Of a DNA stretch of 53,304 nt, positions 44,601 through 53,304 are shown one piece after another. The stretch lies in IMG/VR virus record IMGVR_UViG_3300028840_002576, positions 1-53,304 of that record; one strand, given 5' to 3'. The translations under genes were made by a program, and so were the position numbers. The stretch comes from a virus. Lineage: Duplodnaviria; Caudoviricetes. How positions within the stretch are numbered: position 1 is the stretch's first letter; every line of letters begins with the position of its first letter. The notes beneath the pieces were generated by a model. It was not told the origin of the DNA, ran no database searches, and saw nothing but the letters and a program-made list of their open reading frames with translations.

Positions 44601-47600
44601 GATAATGTTCAAGGATTATGACGAAGACACAAAGCCTTATTACCTTACAGATCCAGGGATAAAAGCAGTTATACTCGAGAAAGCCGGCGAAGAAGCACTT
44701 GAGTTTGTTAATAATGCGGTAAAAACCCAGACAGAGGTTAGTGACTATCGCGCCTTTCTTTACACAAGAGGTGAGGGCGGAGTTTTATACCAAGGTTATG
44801 TTGCAGAGGGTCCTTATAAATCATATTCAGAAGTTCTCTTGTCTGTACCAAATATCGACGACATGGATGGCGGCCATTGGAGGAAGAACAAAAAAGTTAT
44901 CGCCCACGCGAGGGTAACGGAAAGAACTCATCCTGATGGAGATGAAATATTTCATGTCGACGAGATCCAGAGCGACCTACATCAAAGGGGCAGGGTCCAT
45001 GGATACCGTTCAGAGAAGGAAAAAATAAAAGAACTCCCAGAAGGATCTCGAGTTGAACAAATCCCGGTAGTCGGAAAAAGGGCCGGACGCTGGAGAGTAG
45101 AACTCCCGGCTGGAACTAAGACGCAGTACGGTGGATATATATTCAATGGAGACACAAGGGACGAGGCGATACAGAGCGCCCTTGATGAGATGAATCAATT
45201 CCAAAATAAACAGGCTCCTGACGCACCATTCAAGAAGGGCTGGGAGTTACTCGTATTAAAGAGAATGGTCCGAATGGCTGCAGACCAAAACAAGGCTGCG
45301 ATTACGTGGGACATAGGACAGAACCAGGCTGACCGTTATGACCTCAGGAAATTTGTGAAAGAGGTGGGATACTCTATCTCCACTGAGAACTTATGGGCCT
45401 ATGACGATAATGATACAGAGGTTATCAGTGAAGATGTCGAAGTCGATGAGCTTGATAAAATTAAAGAGTATCTCGGCGAAGAGGTAGGCCAAAGACTCAT
45501 AGACAAGATCGAATCGAGGAAGTGGGAACGTGGAGAATACACTACAACCTTTGACGAGGACGAGGGAAAATGGGTGCTTGTAGATCCAAACGGAGAACTG
45601 TTTCACGACCAGGGTGGTGACCTCTTAACATTCGACGAGGAGTATGAGGCCCGTGAAACCCTTGAAGAGTTCCTGGATAGATCCGATGAGCGTGAGGGTG
45701 GCGTTCGCATTAGAGGGCTCGAGCTTGAAACCGGTGGCGAAGGTATGATTGGCTTTTATGACAAGAAGCTTCCTGCCATTGCCAATAAATTCTTTGGTAA
45801 AAAGAAATGGGGCAATTCAAAGGTATTCAAGACAAAGCTTGACGGAACAAGTGAAAATGAAATCGTAAAGCCAGACGTTTATGTTGACGGCGTCCTTGTT
45901 ACAGACAGAAACCTCAACCGGTTCATCAGAAATTTTGAGGATGAGGATATCGACTTCATGATAAAAGAGGCGATTGAGTGGAGGGAAAAGACGACAACAT
46001 ATTCTGCTCATGAACTGAGGGATGATATAGTCAAGTACCTCGAAGGCCTAAAAGAAAAAGGCTCAACGATTGAATGGAAGAATCCGGAAACACAGTTCGA
46101 AGTATGGGCTCTGCCTATAACAAAACAAATGAAGAAAGCTTCGCAAGAGGGCTTGATGCCTCTGTTCCAGAAGAAGCTTGATGTCGACACCAACAAGACA
46201 GCAGGCCCGGAGCTTGCCGCCAGTGCTATTGAGAATGCAGTACTTGGAGTTGGTGAGGTTAAGATAGACAGCGGTGACTTTGCTTCAGGAGATATGCTTA
46301 GGAGTATAGGCTTCGAAAGCACAAGGGCCGGCAATTATAAATTTGACAGGAGGATACCGAAAGATGTTGATATCATTAAAGGACTGTACAAGGCTTCTTG
46401 GAATACAGACCTCGAATCTAATCGGGCCGCAAAGATCGTTCTTGATAAGATCTCTCAGCAGCTTAATAAACAGAAGAGGACGGAACTGGGTCGAGAAGAA
46501 CAGAAGCGAGGTAAGGAAACGCTTAAAGAATACCTTAACGACTCTTGGGAAACCCACAGCATAGCGTCAAAGGAAACCAGTAAGGGTGACCTTCGTGCGA
46601 CAAAGAATATATTGTTAAGGCCAAATGGAGTGAAGTCCGGAAAGGGCCGGCAGTTGATGGTACAGGTATCGAACAACTTCGCCAGGGAAGAAGCGACACA
46701 AATGGGCGACAGTTATTTTGACACCCTATACTCAAAACGAGAGGGATACGACCGTCCATCAGACTTTTGGGAAGTTCCTGAATGGATGGGGCGCCTCGCT
46801 AAATCTATGCCCAAAGCAGACGTCTATGTGGTAAGAAATATTGCAGAGGCAAAGAAGTTTATTGAGCAGGCCGGATATGGCGACAATATTTTCTTCAGTG
46901 CAATGGATGCAAATAAGGACGTCATCAAAACAATTATATCCGATTACAGTGGCAAGGTTAAGATCGGTGGTTATACGGATCCTAATTACTTTGGAAAGAA
47001 AGCAACCTTCCTCGGTAGCCCGGAAGAGGCCGCCCAGTCAGTCGGAGTTGAATTTAAGCCTGGAGTTGATTACAGACATTTCAAGGGTACGAAAACGATA
47101 CCAAGGCTCGAGATGTCCAGGGGATGCCGGCACAAGTGCGCATTCTGCACGGTAGAGAAATCGATAGTTGCCGCAACCGATGAGCAGATCGATGATCAAC
47201 TCGAGAACTTCAAGTCACTGGATTACAAGCTTGTTTATCTGAATGACAAGACCTTTGGCCAGGCAAAGAACTTCGAGAAGCTAATCGATATCAAGAAGAA
47301 GATCGAAGCTGTCAATCCTAATTTCCAGGGATTCATAATCCAGACAACAGCACCACAGTTCTTAAAAATGAGCGATAGCTTTCTCCGGGAGTCCGGCATT
47401 AAGTTTGTCGAGCTCGGAGCAGAGACTATCAATGATGATATCCTCGCCAAGATAAATAAGCCGCACAGGGTAGCTCATATAGAGAAGGCCGCCGAGAAGA
47501 TCCGTAGGCTCAAGATGAACTTTGTCCCCAATATCATGGTTGGCCTTGCAGGAGTTGACAAGGGAAAGCTCTGGACAGAGACCATCAAAACATATGGGAA

Positions 47601-50600
47601 CACCCTCAAATTCTTAAAGAAGCATAAGGATATTGTTTCTCACGTCAATGTATATGTTCTTGCAACATACGAAGGCACCGCCCTTCATGAACAACTCGGA
47701 ACCAATGAAGTGGACTCCGATGAAAACGTCATTGAAAAGTCATGGCTGAAAAATCAAAAGCTTCATGAGAAATTTTATGGCGATGTTCTGGAATACGGAA
47801 CACAGCAATTAAATGAACAAAGAGATCTTGGCGAACTAACAAATGAAGAGATCGAAAAGATGTCTTTCGAGGAGAGGGCTAAATTAATCCTCGGACCAGA
47901 TGCAAGCTTTGACGACATTGACAAACTTGCCGGACAGGCAAAGGATGTTGTTGACAGCTTGACGCCAGACCTGCAGAAAGATATCGAGGATGATATCAAG
48001 AAAGGCGCCAAGGCTGAAGGTGAGCCAGGTACCGAGTCTTATCAAAAGGGACAGTATCAAATATTCGAAATAGCCAGCAAGGCAAAGGGCCTAAAGAAGG
48101 TCCGGAAATATCTTGAAACAGTCGACGAGATGAATGGGCTTCCGGTTACACCAGAGCTTATAGAGAATCTCGGAAGGCTTGCAGACAAGCTATCTTCAGA
48201 CAGAAAGCGAGCAAACAAATTCAAGAAAGTTATACAATATCGAGACGAACTTGCTACAGGAAAGGCAACTCTCAATGATCCAGAATTCGTGAAGAAGTGC
48301 GAGAAGGTAGGAGGTATCCAGCCCTACACCGTGAGACATACCGCTGACAACTTCTTTATAGGTCGGAATATGCGGTATGGTAAATTCGAGGAAGCCGGAA
48401 AGCTATCTATATTCGACACTGGTGACCAGGGGAAGACGACAAAGAAATCGTATATCGATCCTGTCACTGGCCGTACAAAGTATATAGAGAAGAGATACGA
48501 CTCTGAGGGCAACAGGCTTATTGAGGCGCCAATATTCTCAACCGATCGAGCGACCAGGCTGAAGCAGATCAAAAAGATTGTGCTTAAAAATAAGCAATAC
48601 CAGTCATGGTATCAGAACTGGAAAGACTTTATGTGGCAGTTCATAAAGAATGATGTTGACGAGACGAAGTTAAAGAGGATTATAACCATATCCGGCATGC
48701 TCGGCGCAGGCAAATCGCCACAATCACAGCAGGCTATATGGGCCGAAACAATCAATCAACTCGAGCATGGCATGAGGCCTCGTAAAGTTGCCGGCCAAGA
48801 GCTTCCAAAGATCATGGATATCTGGAATGGTAAATATGATGAGCTCCTCGGGAAGACCGATGATGAAAGTATTGCCGAGATCCAGGCAACATTCGGCAGA
48901 AAGATAGGGCCTTACCTGGCAGCCGCGATGGATCCTAATAGTCCTAATGTTCTTGTTCTTGATAGGCATATGCCGAAGGGATGGGGATATAACGTCCTCG
49001 CAACAAAGGATAACCCCCAAGGTGGATGGAATATGCATCCCGCAGTTGAAGCAGAAATATCAAGGGACATATTTGAGGTGGCAAAGGACCTGAAGATTTC
49101 AGTTGCAGGAGTACAGGCCGCATTATGGTTTGACTTCAGAACCCCTGCGGCAGACGTCTCTGACATAGTCGAGCTCTCACAGGTGCAGCCAGGTAAAAAT
49201 GTTCCGTTCGTATTTCACAAGCAGACATTTCCGGATCCTGGAGTTGGTATTCATTACAAAAAAACTCCGATGAAGCCAGGCGATTATGTTGTTGGTGCGT
49301 CAGCAGATGGAAAGGTTAAATATAATTCATACTCAATGACAGATATTGGAGAACGCATCGCCAGAGGTACTAAGGACTGGCCCTATCAACCGGTTGTCTA
49401 TATGTACACTCCAGGCGCAAGGCCGGAGACCTCTGTTCGAGGTGGCGGACGCAAGGGATATACCTTTAAATTTTCGAATCAGAGAATTTATGATGGAGTC
49501 AACGACCCATATAAATACTGGGATACCGCCAGGAGAGAGCACAAGGAGTCTCCAGAGGCCTCACTGACAAACATCTTTCTCACGCTCGTAAAGAGAACGG
49601 ATCAATACGATGGCGCACTTGTTACGCCGGCTCACGGTGACAAGCCATGGATGATGATTTTCGACCAGGCCGCTGTAGACGACTTTCCGGAATTAACGAA
49701 CGTCGGCATCTCAGATATCGTCGAATCTATCGAGGGGAAAAGGGATGTTGTCAGGGCAACCAAGTCGATGGCAAGCAGGGCGAAACAGTTTGAAAAGTAC
49801 CTTAAATGGGTAAAGGATCATGGTAGGAAATATAGCGAGGTAACCATAGAAAGATCTTATTATTCACTTGCCAGGTTCGAGGGTGCAACAAGTGGACAGC
49901 ATGAGCCAGGTATCGGCTTAAAGCTTGATGGTCCATTGAGATCACAGAGAGCTTATCTTGCTGAAGTCGCAATATCAAGAGGACAGCGCGAAGCATACTT
50001 GATTCACGAACCGCGAACGGAAATGGACTATCCGGACTACATTGACTGGTCAGAGGCAAAGATGTTTATATTCAAGGCCATCAATGAATACAATGAAAAT
50101 CCGGAGAAGCTTGCCAAAGACCTTTCTGCAGCAGGCTTGAAGGAATTCAATATAGTAATGTCCCCGTCTTCAGGGATACTGACTATCGAGCAAGTTGTGT
50201 TCTCAGATGAGAATGCAAAGCAGATGGCAGATATCATGGAGAAGTTCGCAGACAAGGGACATCCCCACAACCAGGTAAAAACAATCCATACCGAGGTTAT
50301 CACAGATGAGTCTGGTATGGAAATGATAAAGGAATACTGGGGAAATAAAAAAGGCGAGGAGATTATAGAAAATGCCAAAGAAAGAGGAGAAAAATACCAA
50401 GAAGGATTACGTCGCAGAGTTGATAAGCAGAGGGCTTCTCAGAGAAAAGACACCGGAGATAAAAAACCTAAAGGGTCAGACGATTCTGGACTTGGGACAG
50501 ACCTCCAGGTCAGAGTAGACGACAAGAAGACTCAAGAGGTTCTTGACCGTGTAGGCAGGAACCCTGTAAAAACTATCGACACAATTAAAGAAAAGCTTGA

Positions 50601-53052
50601 CTATAAGCCAGGGAAATTCACGACCTCGTATATCGATAAGCTTCATCCGCTAAAGATGTATGCCGGCGCGAAGTCCTCGAGCTACATGCAGCACAGGTCT
50701 ATACCAGGCGTGCAGTCCTCTATTAATGCAATGATGGAGCACGGTACACTGAAGATGGACAAGTCGGGAGTATTGACGACGGACACAAAAGGCAAGGGCT
50801 TCATACCATTCCTGAAGTCTCTGAAGGGTGATAGCGACAAATTCTTTTATTGGTTAATAGCCCAGAGGGATCAGGCCAGGGAAAAAAGAGACTCGAAATA
50901 TAAACCCATGTTCACGCAAGAGGAACGAAATCGCATATTTTCTTGGACAGGAAAACGGTCGAAAACAGGAAAATCATGGGGCGAGGTTAATGCTGAATTC
51001 AGAAAGTTCAATGACTCAGTCCTGCAGGTAGGCATCGATTCAGGCCTCCTGGATCCGGCGATGGTCGCACAGTTCAGGGATCAATTCTATATTCCGTTTT
51101 ACCGTATATTCGAGGATGAGAATACGACCGCTGAATTTATCAAGGCGCCTGTCAATACAAAGAAGATCATTGCGGCTCAGATCAAAAAGCTGAAGGGATC
51201 TAAGAAAAAGATCGGGGATCCGCTCGAGAATATTCTCGCGAACTGGTCGCACCTTATCAAGCAGTCCATGGCTAACAGTGCCAGGCGATCGTCCTTCAGG
51301 GAATTACAGGACGTATTAACAGAAAACCTGGAGCCGGCAGTTGAAGCGGTACCGTGGAGCGAGACCGTGATATTCAAGTCCGGTGACGATGGAAAAACAA
51401 CATTCGTATACCCGAAGGACAACGTCGAGGTTCTTGGATTTAAAGACAAGGGCAAGACCCAGTTCTTCAAGGTGAATGATCCGGAACTGTTTCAGGCCCT
51501 ATCGCTTCAGAATAACATGAGATTGCCGGCATGGTTGTCAGCGATCCTCGGGGCTCCAAAGGCTCTGTTAACATTCGGTGCCACAATAACGCCGAGCTTT
51601 ATCGCAGCAAATGCAACTCGGGACACGTTGCACACATACACAATAAGCAAGGGATTTAAGCCTTTCTGGGATACCATGAAGGGATTCTATAAAACACTGG
51701 TCAAGGATCAGGACTATGTTGAATATATGGCATCCGGGAATTCATTTGTTGGTAGTTATGTGAAAGCCGAGACCCCGGAAAAATTCTCCAAGTACGCAAA
51801 AAAGATTGCCAAGAAAGAGGGACAGGGCGCACTCCGCAGGATACTGAGCTCACCTTCAAAGCTCTGGAGATTCTGGGAGGGATTTACAGAGGCTTCAGAA
51901 AATGCAACGAGATTAGCCCTATATTCGAAGAGGCGTGCAGAGGGATACAGTATCCTTGAATCATCCTTCGAAGCCCGGGACATAATGGACTTTCAAAAGA
52001 AAGGCGCCAGTCCGGTCATCCAATATTTGATCGCGACAATTCCATTCCTGAATGCCAGGATCCAGGGACTCGCACGCATGGGCTCTGCAATGGCGGAGAA
52101 TCCAAAGATGTATGCATTAAAGGGCGCCTCGGTCGCAATGGCATCAATTGCACTATGGGCCGCCTTCGCAGATGACGATCGATACAAAGAGCTCGAGGAC
52201 TGGGAACGGTTTTCATATTACCATTTCTGGATCGGTGATAAGCATTTCAGAATTCCTAAACCATTTGAGACCGGCGTTATCTGGTCATCAGCATGGACAG
52301 CCGCAGCAGACGTGATCAAGGGCAACAACGAGGCCAAGCATATTACCAGGTTTATTGGTGCCGCTCTTCTTGATACGTTCGCATTCAACCCAGTTCCGCA
52401 GGCAGCCAGGCCAATACTCGAACAGTACATGAACAAGGTATTTTTCACTGGCAGACCGATTGAGTCTATGGGTATGCAATATAAAGAGCCGGCAAATAGA
52501 TATTATCCATGGGATAGTGAATCAGCTATCGTCCTGGGCAAGGCTCTTGGCGTATCTCCCAAGAGGATCCAGGCCCTTATCCGGGGGTATCTGGCAGGCC
52601 TCGGTATGGGAATCATGGGTGCCGCTGATATCATGGTTAGACAATTTGGCGAATGGCCTGAACGTCCGGAATCTGGAATAGAGTCATATCCGATGATCGG
52701 CAGATTTGTCAGGTCAACACCGAACAGATACTCAAGATATCAGAGTGAATTCTATGACATATACGACGAACTTAATCTATTACATAAGAAAGTTAGAGAC
52801 GCTGATGCGGAGGGTGACTTTGCCGGCGCCGAGGAGATCCGGAAGGCGAACCAGAAAAAATTCGAAGCATTCCCACAGGCTAAGATTATTCGCCGGAATC
52901 TTGCACGCATACGAAAAAACACTCTTGCAATATGGAAAGACAAAACAATGAGCGCCGAAAATAAACGCGAGGAGCTCGACAGATTAACAACTAAAAGGAA
53001 TACCCAGGTCAAAGAATTTTATGACTGGTATAAGAAAGCTATAAACTCTTGA
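41668..53052 (+). CDS. Giant polyvalent internal virion protein (metallopeptidase-like, radical SAM, HhH-like, LPD38)
   Basis: 3794 aa; HELTH at ~aa 676; DEIQSDLHQRGR at ~aa 1098; CRHKCAFC at aa 1820-1827; LDRH...QAALW at ~aa 2432-2487; LPD38-like Y.EL.DWER..Y.HF......RIPKPFE.G at ~aa 3505-3535. Confidence 0.9.
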   Translation: MADETPKMDWSILLQDDEPISETPAVPELPEQPQQEQTWGSIANQDWSEVDPVDPAIPAEPAPFSSEYEGWKAIKEGTKALPKYFSQIPKSIQETRKELFDKIGAVDPVEAMPEGVQDFMGAIDIARNPLAGLGKLLSYGDEQGFFDADQDYAKRKENKDTYTKYFEDLTQMGPQTILNYVAGGIGGWAGVAATAGGQIYGGSYMNFREKGNTPMESMALALTDTAIQLPIEVLLTTAIIKGPKGAMNLGKKLPGGNKIFTNIEKGLKTKFKNGEKFAQFADSYAGRILGGGMAEGAEEFVQSLSGILTELAGQWLRDEEITAEGIRKLIKEKTSEGLWSALVAFPLGGLGGGVGKVLEPVKDKKDPNDNIIPDAGKPAINPDPATEKIDAANILEEAGKRWLEEEEAAAGAPPVDETQIEIGPDTVIGGPQEIGPDTVIGGPAQDFSVIAEEPETTERFRVETTPDHPAAEFYGLKKGDKKHAISITDKESPAYKATFVAEMGKEDVAIAKKEMEFQAGKRDEEGFINTWMANPEARPWWASKQKPVELKSYSTDLEQIYNDSIMQRGDLSMREESYAVNSFRELIEEDTGASDIYGDDFISQMKDEELRPAQRAWKNIIEKFFDRPVFYVKESEASKNDMASPVKQYRAAANPVQGAVILFDNQTAANVGSMFHELTHNMRKTAPQLYGKLHKFIQENVDKQSDAFKRLERAVRKAYGGRDREGLIQEEINTAIITDLVKGDVFQGELFRKLKAQDPGTFERLAKHIKNALKKLVEYITRHRNKPGYAALLNDVKKAEKEIANIFAEFQAETQKGPWVRGMSVAAIKRNSETLMLELKKDQTINNKFTSKMVDTISKKLQGTGDAGQMRATIESWIMKGEIKEEEYRWSGLDEFLMSWELANGKKKITKDRILQHIAENAVQIEEDIRSTTGEDVEKIDIPQAEEDIAKIEYYLKDSYGITLRKEFRGNNQPYFNEIMFKDYDEDTKPYYLTDPGIKAVILEKAGEEALEFVNNAVKTQTEVSDYRAFLYTRGEGGVLYQGYVAEGPYKSYSEVLLSVPNIDDMDGGHWRKNKKVIAHARVTERTHPDGDEIFHVDEIQSDLHQRGRVHGYRSEKEKIKELPEGSRVEQIPVVGKRAGRWRVELPAGTKTQYGGYIFNGDTRDEAIQSALDEMNQFQNKQAPDAPFKKGWELLVLKRMVRMAADQNKAAITWDIGQNQADRYDLRKFVKEVGYSISTENLWAYDDNDTEVISEDVEVDELDKIKEYLGEEVGQRLIDKIESRKWERGEYTTTFDEDEGKWVLVDPNGELFHDQGGDLLTFDEEYEARETLEEFLDRSDEREGGVRIRGLELETGGEGMIGFYDKKLPAIANKFFGKKKWGNSKVFKTKLDGTSENEIVKPDVYVDGVLVTDRNLNRFIRNFEDEDIDFMIKEAIEWREKTTTYSAHELRDDIVKYLEGLKEKGSTIEWKNPETQFEVWALPITKQMKKASQEGLMPLFQKKLDVDTNKTAGPELAASAIENAVLGVGEVKIDSGDFASGDMLRSIGFESTRAGNYKFDRRIPKDVDIIKGLYKASWNTDLESNRAAKIVLDKISQQLNKQKRTELGREEQKRGKETLKEYLNDSWETHSIASKETSKGDLRATKNILLRPNGVKSGKGRQLMVQVSNNFAREEATQMGDSYFDTLYSKREGYDRPSDFWEVPEWMGRLAKSMPKADVYVVRNIAEAKKFIEQAGYGDNIFFSAMDANKDVIKTIISDYSGKVKIGGYTDPNYFGKKATFLGSPEEAAQSVGVEFKPGVDYRHFKGTKTIPRLEMSRGCRHKCAFCTVEKSIVAATDEQIDDQLENFKSLDYKLVYLNDKTFGQAKNFEKLIDIKKKIEAVNPNFQGFIIQTTAPQFLKMSDSFLRESGIKFVELGAETINDDILAKINKPHRVAHIEKAAEKIRRLKMNFVPNIMVGLAGVDKGKLWTETIKTYGNTLKFLKKHKDIVSHVNVYVLATYEGTALHEQLGTNEVDSDENVIEKSWLKNQKLHEKFYGDVLEYGTQQLNEQRDLGELTNEEIEKMSFEERAKLILGPDASFDDIDKLAGQAKDVVDSLTPDLQKDIEDDIKKGAKAEGEPGTESYQKGQYQIFEIASKAKGLKKVRKYLETVDEMNGLPVTPELIENLGRLADKLSSDRKRANKFKKVIQYRDELATGKATLNDPEFVKKCEKVGGIQPYTVRHTADNFFIGRNMRYGKFEEAGKLSIFDTGDQGKTTKKSYIDPVTGRTKYIEKRYDSEGNRLIEAPIFSTDRATRLKQIKKIVLKNKQYQSWYQNWKDFMWQFIKNDVDETKLKRIITISGMLGAGKSPQSQQAIWAETINQLEHGMRPRKVAGQELPKIMDIWNGKYDELLGKTDDESIAEIQATFGRKIGPYLAAAMDPNSPNVLVLDRHMPKGWGYNVLATKDNPQGGWNMHPAVEAEISRDIFEVAKDLKISVAGVQAALWFDFRTPAADVSDIVELSQVQPGKNVPFVFHKQTFPDPGVGIHYKKTPMKPGDYVVGASADGKVKYNSYSMTDIGERIARGTKDWPYQPVVYMYTPGARPETSVRGGGRKGYTFKFSNQRIYDGVNDPYKYWDTARREHKESPEASLTNIFLTLVKRTDQYDGALVTPAHGDKPWMMIFDQAAVDDFPELTNVGISDIVESIEGKRDVVRATKSMASRAKQFEKYLKWVKDHGRKYSEVTIERSYYSLARFEGATSGQHEPGIGLKLDGPLRSQRAYLAEVAISRGQREAYLIHEPRTEMDYPDYIDWSEAKMFIFKAINEYNENPEKLAKDLSAAGLKEFNIVMSPSSGILTIEQVVFSDENAKQMADIMEKFADKGHPHNQVKTIHTEVITDESGMEMIKEYWGNKKGEEIIENAKERGEKYQEGLRRRVDKQRASQRKDTGDKKPKGSDDSGLGTDLQVRVDDKKTQEVLDRVGRNPVKTIDTIKEKLDYKPGKFTTSYIDKLHPLKMYAGAKSSSYMQHRSIPGVQSSINAMMEHGTLKMDKSGVLTTDTKGKGFIPFLKSLKGDSDKFFYWLIAQRDQAREKRDSKYKPMFTQEERNRIFSWTGKRSKTGKSWGEVNAEFRKFNDSVLQVGIDSGLLDPAMVAQFRDQFYIPFYRIFEDENTTAEFIKAPVNTKKIIAAQIKKLKGSKKKIGDPLENILANWSHLIKQSMANSARRSSFRELQDVLTENLEPAVEAVPWSETVIFKSGDDGKTTFVYPKDNVEVLGFKDKGKTQFFKVNDPELFQALSLQNNMRLPAWLSAILGAPKALLTFGATITPSFIAANATRDTLHTYTISKGFKPFWDTMKGFYKTLVKDQDYVEYMASGNSFVGSYVKAETPEKFSKYAKKIAKKEGQGALRRILSSPSKLWRFWEGFTEASENATRLALYSKRRAEGYSILESSFEARDIMDFQKKGASPVIQYLIATIPFLNARIQGLARMGSAMAENPKMYALKGASVAMASIALWAAFADDDRYKELEDWERFSYYHFWIGDKHFRIPKPFETGVIWSSAWTAAADVIKGNNEAKHITRFIGAALLDTFAFNPVPQAARPILEQYMNKVFFTGRPIESMGMQYKEPANRYYPWDSESAIVLGKALGVSPKRIQALIRGYLAGLGMGIMGAADIMVRQFGEWPERPESGIESYPMIGRFVRSTPNRYSRYQSEFYDIYDELNLLHKKVRDADAEGDFAGAEEIRKANQKKFEAFPQAKIIRRNLARIRKNTLAIWKDKTMSAENKREELDRLTTKRNTQVKEFYDWYKKAINS
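42928..42996 (+). repeat. In-frame tandem peptide repeat EIGPDTVIGGP x2
   Basis: Identical peptide with synonymous nucleotide divergence. Confidence 0.85.
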
Positions 53053-53072
53053 CATAGTGAGTATTCTATAAG
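53049..53072 (+). promoter_or_regulatory. Class B motif
   Basis: taaactcTTGACATAGTGAGTATTCTATAAG. Confidence 0.55.
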
Positions 53073-53097
53073 ATTAAAATAAAGAAGGAGTAAAATC

Positions 53098-53304
53098 ATG
53101 GCCAGTTTTATTTCAGTTATAAAAGTTTTCAACGCGAAAGCGATCACACAAAATACCGCTGCAAATTATATTCTCGACCTAAGCCGTTATAATTGCGAGG
53201 GATTCTTTTCGATGCAGATCGAAATCGCTGGTGCCGGTAACGTGACCTTGACATATTCATTGTCAAATGATGGCACGAATTACATCACGCCGTCAGGAAC
53301 AGCA
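53098..53304 (+). CDS. Probable structural protein, 3'-truncated by window edge
   Basis: RBS AAGGAG; open to the end of the window: MASFISVIKVF...TYSLSNDGTNYIT. Confidence 0.65.
   Translation, partial: MASFISVIKVFNAKAITQNTAANYILDLSRYNCEGFFSMQIEIAGAGNVTLTYSLSNDGTNYITPSGTA

Noticed and set aside
1046-53012. Minus-strand and nested alternative-frame ORFs in the track (e.g. 20888..21655, 43851..44519)
   Set aside because: They are shadows of well-supported + strand genes, with no recognisable motifs.
1-53304. Alternative genetic code / stop-codon reassignment
   Set aside because: Core genes are full-length under the standard code, and coding density is high.

Overview
A 53-kb segment of a tailed dsDNA bacteriophage genome with podovirus-type architecture: portal, scaffold, major capsid, adaptor, nozzle and ejection proteins, and no tape measure or sheath. 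All credible genes are on the + strand. Gene order: replication/recombination (NinB-like, initiator-like, DnaB, metallophosphoesterase, SSB, RuvC-like, dNTP diphosphohydrolase-like); a sigma-like regulator; terS; about 7 kb of small accessory genes; terL; portal; a glycan-binding spike protein; a glycosyltransferase-sulfotransferase pair; head and tail genes; and a 3794-aa LPD38-type polyvalent protein. Highlights: (1) the giant protein contains a complete-looking radical SAM domain, plus metallopeptidase-, HhH-glycosylase- and possibly ART-like domains; (2) a promoter-driven non-coding unit contains a 214-nt tRNA/tmRNA-like RNA, followed by a leaderless ArfA-like basic peptide, and a bL12-CTD protein lies elsewhere; (3) the glycosyltransferase-sulfotransferase pair sits inside the structural module; (4) three recurring promoter-like motif classes and a phased repeat array upstream of terL. 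No integrase, DNA polymerase, lysin, reverse transcriptase or CRISPR array was recognised. All family assignments are motif recognition by eye, not database searches.
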